Shown piece by piece: positions 26,195 to 38,580 of a stretch of 64,000 nt of DNA (within the stretch, counting starts at the first letter, position 1; the number at the start of each line of letters is the position of its first letter). Under the pieces are notes generated by a model. It did not search any database. It was given only the letters and a program-made list of their open reading frames with translations, and was not told where the DNA came from. Location of the stretch: assembly GCF_006345805.1 (NCBI RefSeq), contig NC_042997.1, positions 146,692,001 through 146,756,000 on the forward strand, given 5' to 3'. The position numbers were made by a program, and so were the translations under genes. Origin of the DNA: Octopus sinensis. Taxonomy: Eukaryota.

Positions 26195-27009
26195 CAGGCT
26201 GCAGTGAATAAACTAGCATCTAAATTACGCGAAAATGAAAATAACACTGGCATCTCATTTTAACAGATATATTTATCAAAATTACAAAACGAATTTCTTG
26301 AAATACTAACTTTATTCAATAAAGTCGCCATTGGCTTCAACCGCGGCCGCCAGACAACTTCGGAATCTCCTGTAACTCTTCTGGACGGCCTCCTCGTTTA
26401 AGATGGTGAATGCTGCCATAACCCTTGCCTTCAGTTCATCTTTGGTGTTACAAGAACCTAATAATCAATGGATTTTCAGTCTGGAGAGTTAGGTTGCCAG
26501 AGGTTAGGGGTGATGTGGTCAAAAAATTGTCTGACAGCGATGACTAGGTTCTCCTGCTTGTGTGGCATTGTGCAGAGTCCTGTTGCCAAACACGAGGTCT
26601 TCCAGCAGCCACCCTCTTGACCCAGGGCAGCACTTCCTCCTTCAGGCACTTGTAGGCCTCGTATTGAATCTGAGGCCGTGTGGAAAGATGAATGGAGACA
26701 AAATGTCGCCATCACTAGTGATCACTCCGAACACCATGATGTTAACTGGATGTTTCATTTCTATCACTTTTGGTACATGTCCTCAAATTGCACTGTCCTC
26801 AGACTGACACCCAAACAATCTGAAATATTCGCATCGGAGCTTCCGGCGTGAATGCCAAGCAGTAGAGCATGTCGTTTCCAAATTTCTAGCAGAGTGAACT
26901 GCATCATGGTGCAACTAACCCTACTATACTGTGTAGTCGACAAAATCAAAAACAAACAATGCACGAAATTAAAATTATAAAATGGCAACAATTTACCCAT
27001 CGCACCTTG
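26195..27009 (-). mobile_element. maT/DD37D (Bmmar1-like) Tc1-mariner deletion derivative
   Basis: Degenerate TIRs with TA flanks. IMVFGVITSDG, VLPWV, WQQDSAQCHTS, WQPNSPD; short N-terminus joined directly to the catalytic region. Confidence 0.8.
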
Positions 27010-27037
27010 TATAACATCATCGTTATTATTTTTTTCA

Positions 27038-27083
<46 letters not shown>

Positions 27084-27095
27084 GTCATCATCATC

Positions 27096-27140
<45 letters not shown>

Positions 27141-27570
27141 GTCATCATCATCATCATCATCATCATCATTATTATTATTATTATTAGGACCATCTCGTCA
27201 GTGGACGGACTGGTTATAGCTAGAATATATTTGATAACATTCCTGCTCCCAGGACTCATTTAATCGTAAACGACATTAAAAACAAACAAGCATTCGCATA
27301 CATATGCATAATTGCACACCTGCTCTCACAAAAATACTATGTGAAGCAGGAACATGACAAGATAATCTGACGAGTCCCAAAAAACAGAAGAATGTTATTT
27401 CTAGGGAATATTTTTCACAAATTCTACCAATTTTAGTGAACAGATAGAAGTTCTAATTTTGGTCGAAGTTAGAATTGCACCTAATCTTTAAAATATTTGA
27501 AATGTTTCATTCGGTGATGCGCAGTTATGTGAAAAAATCTTGTTGAATTTTATATACACAGACACCCAGA

Positions 27571-27747
<177 letters not shown>

Positions 27748-28551
27748 TTTTGTTACATGTTATTCTGTAATCTGAATACTTTTATTTTAATACATGTTGC
27801 TTACTGCAAGTTATGGATGATTCTTTTATGCCTCCATTGCTTTCAGGCTTAGCTTAAGGTATTTTCGCGCCGGACATCACAAAATGCGTCTGAATAAACA
27901 TTGCCGGACAGCAAATAGAGACTCAGACATTACTTAGAAAATATTTTTCATTTTTAACAATATTATTTAACTTTTGAATTGTATTAAGTTTGATTGTTAA
28001 AACATCAATATGATTTCTTGATAATTATTAGTTACGATATATATATCTATTTATTTATTTATTAGGTTTATGATTATTATTAATTTTATAATGTGATTTA
28101 ACGAATTACATTTAATTTGAGAATTAGTTTTGTAAGACAATAAATTATTTAATAGTTAGGTGGTCTATTTATTACTTAGTATTAAATTTAAGTAAATTAG
28201 TTTAATATTAATTGATATTTTGGTCAACTATATAATTATAGTAAATATATGTATATTACTTAACATCAAGGTTTTTAATATATAGCATAATATTTTATTT
28301 AGATGTTTATTAAATAAATAAATTAATAATTTAATGTATATAGATTAAATTATAGTATTTAGTTTTCACTTAATGTATATTTTGTATTTTATTTATATAT
28401 ATATTCATTTTAAATATTTTAATTAATTGTATCTTATTTTTATTCATTTTTTTATTTAAACAAGAATATATTTAAGATATTTCGTATTTTACAAGAGTAT
28501 TTACGTATATTTATTAATTTATTTAATTAACTATTTATTTGTTTTTATCTT

Positions 28552-28646
28552 TAACCTGAAGAGTGGCTATATTTATATTGAAGTGATTTCAATATTATTA
28601 TTACTATTATCATTTCTTAAATATAGCCACGTAACACGTGTCGTTA
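28552..28646 (+). ncRNA. Type I hammerhead motif with a single core change (GAAA to GTAA)
   Basis: P1 TAAC/GTTA; CTGAAGA; perfect 13-bp P2 GTGGCTATATTTA/TAAATATAGCCAC; GTAA; palindromic P3 CACGTG; GUC triplet. Confidence 0.7.
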
Positions 28647-28770
28647 TTCTACCAAATATATATGTTTTATTTACTATTTTGCGCATTACTTAATCATTGT
28701 TATATGTTTTATCTTATATTTAATCTTTCTATAATATGTAATCTTTCTAAATGGTATAATTTAATTTTTC

Positions 28771-28905
28771 TGATGACAATGTTTGACGAAAAGTTTTGAT
28801 GAAAATGTTTGACGAAATTGTTTGATGAAAATGTCTAATGAAAATGCTTAATGAAAATGTTTGATTAAAATGTCTGCTGGAAATGTCTGATGAAAATGAT
28901 TGACG
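28771..28905 (+). repeat. 13-bp minisatellite, about 10 copies, consensus TGATGAAAATGTT
   Basis: Units counted directly. Confidence 0.9.
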
Positions 28906-28919
28906 TAGACATACATATG

Positions 28920-28961
<42 letters not shown>

Positions 28962-29683
28962 CAAATACACAAATATATATACACATCCACACATGCAAAA
29001 AAGACATACATACATGCATATACGCCAAAGAAAATACATACATAAAAACATATAGAAATATACACAGATATATACACTTATATAGATTATACTGTATATA
29101 GGTGTGTGCGCATGAATAATGTGTGTATGTGTGTGTGCGTGTGTGTGTGAATATTTGGATATCTATATGTAGTTATGTGTATACAAACTTTACTTTCACA
29201 AATGTAAATATATACATTCGAGTATACAAGCACTGGTACGCACGCACGTGTGTACGTGTCTGCAAGTGAGCATGTGTCTCTTTGTATGTGTGAGTGTGTT
29301 TGCGTGTGCATGCGCATGTGTGAGTATGTGTGATTATTTGCGTGTGTACTCTTTTATAGGTTTTAGCCTTCTGCTTGTGATCTAGCACCGCCACAATTAT
29401 TTTCTATTTGATCTATGTGTTTTTAAGTGGTTTTAGATATTAATTGCTAATTATGTACCACTCAGTGTTAATAATTAGTATACCTTTGATTATTGCTTTA
29501 CTGCGAGAAAACTGCCAAACCCTCTAATTCTCTAAAATATATACGTAATATATTGCAGTGAGCATACTGTCAAGGCAAGATGTTACATTTGCACTACTGT
29601 ATTAGTCTTCTGCTAGTATACTGTCAGCAGATCAATTTGTTATAATTCGTATAGCAAAGCCAATACCCAATGATCGATTCTCT

Positions 29684-29761
<78 letters not shown>

Positions 29762-29799
29762 TGTATGTGTGTGTGTGTGTGTGTATAACAAAGTGAAGT

Positions 29800-29990
29800 T
29801 GTAAGGTACCGCACGAGTGGAAATATATATGAAAGAAAGTTTGAAAATGCAATTTTAAAAATGTTTATTCACTTGACCGGTTTCATTTTTTAGAAAAAGA
29901 TTGTCAAAAGTAAAATGTAAAGCTTTGTATAAGCTTTGTTGTGTTAAGTACTGGTTGTCACAAAAGTATTAAAATACATATATACATTCT
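29800..29990 (-). mobile_element. Solo PLE-type terminal repeat with decayed hammerhead (29870-29911)
   Basis: ACTT-TTGACAA-(broken P2)-GAAA-CCGG-TC-AAGT on the minus strand. Confidence 0.5.
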
Positions 29991-30377
29991 TTGATAATAA
30001 TAAGAAAATGTTGAAAACAGTTTACAAGGAAATATCTGACAAAATATTAGACAAAAAGTTCAATAAAAATATTAGTTCATTAAAAATCATGTTTGTTTGG
30101 AAGTAACTATATACATACGCAGAAAAGTATTAGGAGTTCAAAAAAGTCATATTTGGTAGTATATATATACACACACAGAAGGAGATGTATTTAGGAGTTT
30201 ACAAAGAATTTGAGATGAACTAATTATCGATCCTAATAGAATGTAAAGCAGGATGTAGACTTGTGTCTAAATAATGAGGAATATTTACCGTTGACGCAGT
30301 ACCATACAATATGGCTTAATGTTATTGGTCTCAGAAGAATCTGATAGGTAATAAAACTCTAGATTGTAGGTATTTTT

Positions 30378-30603
30378 ATTTCTTAATTTCCCACAGGGGG
30401 CTAAACATAGAGGGGACAAACAAAGACAGCCAAAGGGATTAAGTCGATTACATCAACCCCAGTGTGTAAGTGGTACTTATTTAATCGACCCCGAAGGGAT
30501 ATAAAGTAAAGTTGAACCAGGCGGAATTTGAACTCCGTAACTGCAGACAAAATACCGCTAGGCCTTTCCCCCGGCGTGCTAACGATTCTGGCAGCTCGCC
30601 GCC
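30378..30603 (-). mobile_element. SINE family A monomer (tail 1)
   Basis: Head, core and tail recognisable. Confidence 0.85.
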
Positions 30604-31368
30604 CTGGTTTGTAGTTATTGTTCCAGATGAGTTAGGTATTTGGTAAGTTACCGAGGCGAAGAAATGTTTAAAAGTTTGTAAATTTAAATTGAATTTAAAT
30701 GAATAATTCAACTTATTGATATTTGTAGCCCTAAATGTTTACGTCCATTTTGCTTTTTCTGTTGCTGTTGTTGTCCTTTAATCTTAAGTAATTCATTTTT
30801 ACTGGTATACTCTACCATAGATTTAAGATTATCTAAAAATGTATTGTGCATTATTAATTCAGCTAATTTATTAATTCAGCACATGAACTGAAAACCACGT
30901 TTTCAGTTCATCTGCTGTTATGCAAGTTAGACCGTCCAGTTTAGGTTTGCTCTAGTCTGTATACACAGTAAATATCTATAAGCCACTTCTCTCTACAGGA
31001 GCAAGTGATAGTTACTTTTTATCTGATGAAGTTCTAAGAAGACTAGAAACTAGTCAAAGCAACTCCATTTTTTCTACCTTCCGGGAGATATAAATCTATG
31101 GTGTGACATCTTTGCTTAACACAGCGTGGTTAATATTACATGTTTGTGCAAAAAAGGACCGCTTAAAAATATGTGTATATAAATTGATTGGTTTAGACAA
31201 AGAAATCGGTAAAATAGCCTGGTTAATATTCTATTTCAACTACTTTAACTTAAAAGCTACATGAAAAAGAAGCCGGAAGATAATCCGAGAGTGTTAACAT
31301 GACTGGAGAAGCTGATTAGTTTAGCAGATCAAGTTATATATATATATATATTATATATATATATATAC

Positions 31369-31441
<73 letters not shown>

Positions 31442-31503
31442 GTATTATCACATCATTAAAATAATGATAATAATGATAACAATAGTAATAATAATAATAA
31501 ATA

Positions 31504-32048
31504 CCCTGACGCAGTACCAGGCAGTGGCTCTCATGGCCTCTGATCTTAACTGATTATAAGTGTTATCATGTACATTGTTTTGTCTTGGTATAAAAGATGG
31601 GCTACAGCAAATATTCTGCTCAATACCACAGATTTGCTTGCCAGTTGTTTGACCTTAACCAGTTGACTATGTCCCTTAGTGGCTGGTATGTGCATCTCTG
31701 ATCATGAGCAGAAGTAGTGGGGGAACATCATAGCCATGTGTTGAGAGGGATTCTTTGGGGTTTGAATAATTCACCTCTGGAAACATGGGTGTTTCGTTCA
31801 CCATCTTTAAACAACCCTTATTCAGGGACCTTTTGAGCAGGATGGGTTTCTTGACTAGAAGAAAATTCTAACTGGGCCCCACCTGCTAAGTCATGTGCTG
31901 TTTATCTTGATATGAGATCACCATGGCGCGCACATTTGGTTGTGATGCATGTGCCTGGTGTACCCTTATCAGATGGGTAGTCATGATGGGTATACTGGGC
32001 TTCATATATTTTACCCCAGTGTCACTGGCATGCACTGCTCTCTCACTC
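31504..32048 (+). mobile_element. Interspersed repeat flanked on both sides by (TAA)n, possibly the 3' UTR of a Dong-like element or a non-autonomous derivative
   Basis: Complex 545-bp sequence with sharp boundaries between two TAA arrays. No coding motif recognised. Confidence 0.45.
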
Positions 32049-32070
32049 AATAATAATAATAATAATAATG

Positions 32071-32144
<74 letters not shown>

Positions 32145-32322
32145 CATCCATCCATGAATTTATTTATTTATTAATTTTTAAATACACATTTTATCTGTGA
32201 ATTTGCGCGTGTAATCTGGGAATGCATACAATGCCCTTCTCTGCCCTAGGTGTATGGAAAACACTCGGCGAGAAACGGAAGAAAATTTGAAGAAAGAAGG
32301 AAAAAACATAATAATAATAATG

Positions 32323-32385
<63 letters not shown>

Positions 32386-32696
32386 GAAATGGAACAAAAG
32401 AGTAATTACATAAATTGAGTAATTACGTATGCACTCGAATGTCTACACAATCATATATGCGTTTTAATACCCATAGGACTACACATACATCTCAGTGTTT
32501 ACACAACTACGTGAAAATTACAGGACACACATTCACGCATATGAAAACATGTGTCACAACCTAAGCAAAAACAAAACCATTTTTTTTATTTTTCGAACTA
32601 ACACAGACAGAGTGAACCATTCATAAGTTTTAAAACACCACAAAAACTATGCTCGGAGATAAACCTATCAACAACAAAAAATTACAGACGAATGCA

Positions 32697-33111
32697 GATC
32701 TGTTAGCCTTAAGAAGCTACGTTACGCGCAATGTTTACATGCAGAGAACTCGGTAACGGTGCTGTCACAAAAAAAAAATGACCCTAAACAGACAAATCCG
32801 TCCCCTGATGTCAGCGTCGAAGCAAGTCATGCCTCAATGATAACAAAGCAAATTACGAACCAGATTGATCGTCGACCGTATCACAAAGGGCCATGTATTC
32901 GATATAGATCTGTTAGCCTTAAGAAGCTACGTTACGAGCAATGTTTACATGCAGAGAACTTGGCGACGGTATTGTCTCAAAAAATTAACCCGAGACAGAT
33001 AGATCGTCCACTAATGTCAACGTCAAAGCTCGTCATGCCTCACTGATAACAAAGCAAAATACAAACCGGAATGATCGTCGACCGGATTACAAAGGGCTAC
33101 GTACTTGAATA
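32697..33111 (+). repeat. Two tandem units of about 210 bp upstream of the R4-like ORF
   Basis: GATCTGTTAGCCTTAAGAAGCTACGTTACG starts at 32697 and again at 32907. Confidence 0.9.
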
Positions 33112-33985
33112 ATGAACCGGATTCGATACGAAAAATTAACTACTGGTTCAAATCTTCCCGAAACACAGGAGCTGAAAGTACCCCACAACCGGTATATTCC
33201 AACAGATGGCCATCCATGCTCGTCATCAAATAACCAAAAGAATAAGAATGAAAAATGTTCTAGGGAAGATAATAAAGAAGTTCTTACGGCCTTCTACCAT
33301 ACCATATATTTCCCCACAAATAAATCTAATACCACACAAACCTACTTAAACTGGCGACAGAAACATCTTGAAGTAAGACTCTACATAGACAGTAACAAAC
33401 TTGCCAATGTCAGAAGAAACATTATGGAAAAGAAATTACTAACTGAAGTAGAGATTGACCAAATTAAACAAGTAGTTAGGGATAAAATGAACGAAACTGC
33501 AGCTAAAGAAGATACTACAGAGAAAATAATTATAGACCAGCCCAGGGCTGATGAAAATGCAGCAATCATTGAAAGAGTTAATATAACTGATAGGCGAAGT
33601 GAAATGCTATCTGAACCAACTATAAACTCTAAGGCAGATGAAAATCAAATAGATGAAGAAAGTCACACAGAAATTGACCCAACAGAACTGCATGATCTAA
33701 AAGATCAAATCACGATTGAATGGCTGAAAATTAAAGAAACCAGTATGAATGAACGCGATACTCTCCCAAAAATTTGCAATTCTAACCAAAACCGGAAAAT
33801 AATTGATAAAATCAGCTTTGCACTTAAGGATATATTTTCAGCTAATGATATTAATATTACAGATCTCAACAATCTGTACTATACATCCGCGAAAATCTCA
33901 ATGATTCTATGTGGTGAAAAGATTAGAAATCTACAACATTCTAACAAAAAACCTTCTTAGCAAAAGCGTATTCAACACCAAATTA
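33112..33985 (+). mobile_element. R4/Dong-like ORF N-terminal fragment (282-aa ORF)
   Basis: CSREDNKEV...NWRQKH...KLANVRRNI...LPKI...ITDLNNLYYTSA...KPS*QKRIQ matches the recalled N-terminal pattern of R4/Dong ORFs. TAG replaces a probable Trp codon; truncated before RT. Confidence 0.7.
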
Positions 33986-34247
33986 AACTACCCTGGCTCA
34001 CTGAATATAAAAGCTTAAATCATCTCTAATTCAGTTGAACCTGTATGGAAAGTGTTTCAACTGTGACTACCCTATTTTTGTATCCCATCTTTTTTGTAGT
34101 GTTTCTACTATTGTATTATCCAATGTATCTTTGCTTTTTCCTAAGATTGACGCAGCGTGTAATTCAAGTGTGATTCGGCTACTATTTCTAGTAGCCAAAT
34201 CAAACACGTTGGATCGCGAGTGTAGGAAGTTACAGTTGAACCCAATT

Positions 34248-34450
34248 CAGGGCGACGTGCTGGTAGAATCGTTACCACATCGGACAAAATGGTTTGCTAC
34301 ATTTCGTTCTGAGTTCAATTCCGACAAGGCCAATTTTGCCTTTTATTCTTTCATGATCGATAAGATAAGTACCAGTCAAGCGTTGAGGTCGGTGCCATCA
34401 TCTTGTCCCTTCCGCTTAAATTTGCTGGCATTGTACCAAGAATTAGAAAG
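34248..34450 (+). mobile_element. SINE family A, old copy
   Basis: GGCGACGTGCTGGTAGAATCG head and B box. Confidence 0.7.
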
Positions 34451-34496
34451 AAATATTAACGTCAAGTCAGGAGAAATACAAAACCAAGAATTATTT

Positions 34497-35075
34497 CAAC
34501 TCTAGTCACAATGCCCAAAATTTTGAGGGAGGGGACCAGTCAATTAGATGGACCCCAAAACGCAACTGGTACTTAATCTATCGACCCTGAAAGGGTGAAA
34601 GGCAAAGTCGACCTTGACGGAATTTGAACTGAGAACGTTGCGACGCTAAGCATTTCGCCCGGCGTGCTAACGCCATCTTGGTACAAGACCAAGAATTTCG
34701 AAGTGGGTAAGTCGATTACATCGACCTCAGTGTTCAAATGGTACTTATGTTATCGACCCCGAAAAGACGAAAGGAAAAGTGGAGCTCGGGGGAATTTCGG
34801 CTCCACGTAAAGACAGACGAAATACCGTAATGCATTTTTCCCGCCGTCATTAAAAAAAAATTCTAAGCATACGGGCTTCAAATTTTGGCACAAGGCCAGC
34901 AAGCTCAGGGAAGGGTTAAGTCGATTACAGTGACCTCAGTAAATGACTGATACTTATTTTGTCGACCCCGAAAAAATTAAAAGCAAAGTCGACCTTAAGA
35001 GAATTTGAACTTCGATCGTAAGAAATGCGCTAATATTTCTGGTCGGCGCGCTAACGATTCTACCAGCTTGCCGCT
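34497..35075 (-). mobile_element. Three tandem SINE family A copies (34497-34676, 34678-34848, 34876-35075)
   Basis: Three successive ATCGACCC.GAAA...AAAGT.GA cores on the minus strand. Confidence 0.8.
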
Positions 35076-35877
35076 ATTTAAAAAAAAATCTAAATATATT
35101 AGCAAATTACCTCATAGGGATAAAGAAAGACTTAATTACATAGTCTGCAATCATTAAAAATTAATGTACCTCTCACTGTATATTCATACCTTTAGAGCAG
35201 GCTGGTAAATGTTTGTTGATAGACCTACTTTTTCCTTTCGAGGGTCTCCTAACTCTCAGCCATGGCAAATTCTCCTTTGATGGTGTTTCTTTATTTCTGT
35301 CACAGCTTACTTCAAAATTTTACCTCGCCTATTAAAAATTCGGAATCTCACATCTGTTGGCCATTGATAGTTTAACCTTTAACACAAATCAATCTAAATC
35401 GTTGCACCGAAAGCAGTTGGTGTTGATGTGTGGATCAGTTATTAATCTATTGCTTGTTATTATTATTTTATTATAGTGACAACAACAATAGATCATAAAT
35501 AAATAAAAAGTAGATAGTGATAAATAGTTATTTAATAAGCTCCAGAACTTTCGCTAACATAAATATGCAAATTTATAGTCAGAAAACAATATATTCTCCT
35601 GCTTGCAGAATTATTACAGTTTGACGTAATGGCAAATAGCAAAGAAAAAAAAGTAACGGTTTTGGAGTTGTTGTAGTTCTTGTTGTTGTTGAAAATGGTG
35701 TATGGTATTGACAGTGGTGAAGATAATGAGAATGCTGATGGTAGTGTTTACGTTGGTGGTAGCGTTGGTTGGGGTTGAGTTTTCTTTTTGTTGTTGTAGT
35801 TGCTACTGTTGCTGTTCTTGGTCTTGTTTGGATTTCTGTCTGCACTGGTTGAGGTATGTAGCCAAAAGCATTTGGTT

Positions 35878-36107
35878 GGCGGCGAGCTGGCAGACACGTT
35901 AGCGCGCCAGGCGAAATACTTAGCGGTATTTCGTCTGTCGTTACGTTCTGAGTTCAAATCCCGCCGAGGTGGACTTTGCCTTTCATCCTTTCGGGGTCGA
36001 TAAATTAAGTACCAGTTACGCACTGGTGTCGATGTAATCGAATTAATCCCTTTGTCTGTCCTTGTTTGTCCCTTCTATCTTTAGCCCCTTGTGGGCAATA
36101 AAGAAAT
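35878..36107 (+). mobile_element. SINE family A monomer (tail 1), young copy
   Basis: Near-consensus. Confidence 0.9.
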
Positions 36108-36112
36108 ATAAA

Positions 36113-36272
36113 ATGACTTAGCTGTGTGATTAAGAAACTTGTTTTGCAACCTCATGGTTTCACCTAAAATCCCACCGTGCTTCACACTGAGCAAGTGTCT
36201 TCTATTATCGCCCCGAGGGACGACCAGGTCGAACCCCAGCATGGCCACAGTCTAATGACTGAAACAAGGAAA
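36113..36272 (+). mobile_element. SINE family B, internally deleted
   Basis: Head and core joined directly to the CCCCAGCATGGCCACAGTCTAATGACTGAAACAAG tail. Confidence 0.65.
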
Positions 36273-36562
36273 AATAATGTGCGTATGTGTGTGTGTGTGT
36301 GTGTATGCGCGCGTGTGTGTGTGTAGTTTCTAGGTTAGAGAGAGGTGTTCTCTATATAGAATACACTTCAAGGTGCTCAAGAGATTTGAACATGGACCGG
36401 TAGATGAGTAAATGTAGTGAGAAGCAAGTTAAGCAACTCGGTTTACACCGAATATTAAATTCATTTAATAGAAAAAAGTGTACATGTGTAGGGATATAAA
36501 ATAGTCCGACTTACAGAATATATTCTGTAGGTCGGGCTATTTCATCATTCTGTGTAAATCAA

Positions 36563-36800
36563 GGCGGCGAGCTGGCAGAAACGTTAGCACGCCGGGTGAA
36601 ATGCGTAGCTGTACTTCGTCTGCCGTTACGTTCTGAGTTCAAATTCCGCCGAGGTCGACTTTGCTTTTCATCCTTTCGGGGTCGATAAATTAAGTACCAG
36701 TTACGCACTGACGTCGATGTAATCGATTATCTGTTTAGCCCCTTGTGGGTAGTAAAGAAATAGGTATTTTGTCTGTTTTTACGTTCTGAGTTCAAATTCT
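36563..36800 (+). mobile_element. SINE family A, truncated dimer
   Basis: Monomer followed by the start of a second B-box unit. Confidence 0.85.
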
Positions 36801-37482
36801 CGTCAGCTATTAATGGCAATATATATTTCCTTCCCGAGTGTCAAATTGATACACCTGCTTGTTGTTCCCTCACCTGTCTTCGTCTTTTGTTTTCTGTAAA
36901 TCTGAACTCTGTGTGTGTGTGTTTGCGTGACAGCCGGCCTTCTGATCGAAGCAACCATACTAGATTTCTATTGGTTTTACAAACTGCTGATAGCATCTTT
37001 CGATCACAACTGCAAGAGGTGTCATCGTTTTTCGGCGCCGAGATAACATTTGAACTGAAAACGTATGAAGCCTGAACAGCTACGACTTAAACAATTCTGC
37101 CAGTCTTTCACTTTGGTTTCGTACACTTTCTCGATCCCTAAAATAATGAAAGGCAAAGTTGAATCCTGCGAGATTGAAACCCGGAACGCAGAACCGGAAC
37201 AAAAGCTGTGAAGCGTCTTATCAAGTACTTTAATGATTTTGATCGTTCGCCTACACACACGCTCACACATATTCTAATTGCGTTCCATATTCGAAATAAA
37301 TATTGATCAATCATAAACCGCAAACGAATAAAAGAGAGAAATATTGATAGTGACTTCGAAGTTATTATCAACGTTAACCACTTAAAAATTAAATATGTAC
37401 TGTACTAAAGTATATTGAGTAGTCTTTCATTTTGATGTTAAATTCTTTTTATGTATAACCTGTAGTGAAAAACAAGCATCAA

Positions 37483-37521
<39 letters not shown>

Positions 37522-37612
37522 TTTTTATTGTATCGCATTTATCTTTGTTTATATATATATATTATATATATATTTAAAAAGGAGATGTAGAACACGAGTT
37601 GTGATATATAAA

Positions 37613-37929
37613 AAAAGGAAATGAAGAAAATGCTGACAAAATGATTTAAGTAAGGGAGAGTGTATTTAATTAGGTGAAAGTTCTTTTTACCGGTTGCGCA
37701 TTTGTTATGCTTATCAAAAGATATTTTTTAAGAGAGATAGAGTTCCTTTCTGATAGATTTCTTTCTCTTATAAGAGAAAAAAAATCTATCAGAAAGGAAC
37801 TCTATCTCTCTTAAAAAATATCTTTTGATAAGCATAACAAATGCGCAACCGGTAAAAAGAACTTTCACCTAATTAAATACACTCTCCCTTACTTAAATCA
37901 TTTTGTCAGCATTTTCTTCATTTCCTTTT
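37613..37929. repeat. Loop-less palindrome, about 158-bp arms, of PLE-type terminal repeats
   Basis: Centre CTCTTA/TAAGAG at 37770/37771. Arms are identical apart from one substitution and one indel near the centre. Hammerhead-like motif at 37821-37860 and its mirror. Confidence 0.95.
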
Positions 37930-37931
37930 AT

Positions 37932-38014
<83 letters not shown>

Positions 38015-38231
38015 TGTATGTATGTATGTATAGCAGAGTAAGCACATAAATACGAAACAAGGTTGAAAAAATAGTACTTGAATACCAGAGGTAGAGAAAT
38101 ATGCTTTATTAAAAAGCAAAAAAAACTGTCCGATAAAGGGGAAAGTGAAACTCTGAGTAACAGTTTTTGTGATATTTTTGCTGCTTTTTAATAAACTATA
38201 TATGTGTGTGTGTGTATTCTATATTCTTTTA

Positions 38232-38580
38232 TATGCTTTAATTCTAAGACTGTGGCCATGTTGGAACATCGCCAGTGTATTCACCTTTCCAATGGTCAAA
38301 TCTTATGTGATTGGCTGTTAGCGAAGGAGGTAGTTGCACACTGCTGCCCTCTTTTGGGTTTCCTGCCTTGCTATCGGTTTATGTGGCCCCTTGGATATCA
38401 GGAGGTCAAGTTGTTTCTTGAAAACATCTACTTCCAAACTATTGCAGTACATGGTCCTCACTCTAGACGGGGTTTGTATAGCTATTGATGCCAAAGTTTG
38501 GTGCCAGCCACTCCAGGAACTTCTCTACGTATACCACTGCATACTTCTTACGTCTTCGCTCCGAGGATTCGAGTCATAGC
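38232..38580 (-). mobile_element. Decayed CR1 family 2 3' fragment
   Basis: RRRKKYAVVY...APNFGINSY and VDVFKKQLDLL...RQETQKRAA parallel 45200-45866. Confidence 0.65.

Noticed and set aside
28771-28905. Repeated TGATGA as C/D snoRNA boxes
   Set aside because: Part of a 13-bp tandem unit; no purine-led box C with a matching box D and terminal stem.
35878-35960. tRNA-like sequence with A and B boxes
   Set aside because: It is a SINE head that continues into core and tail; no complete cloverleaf.
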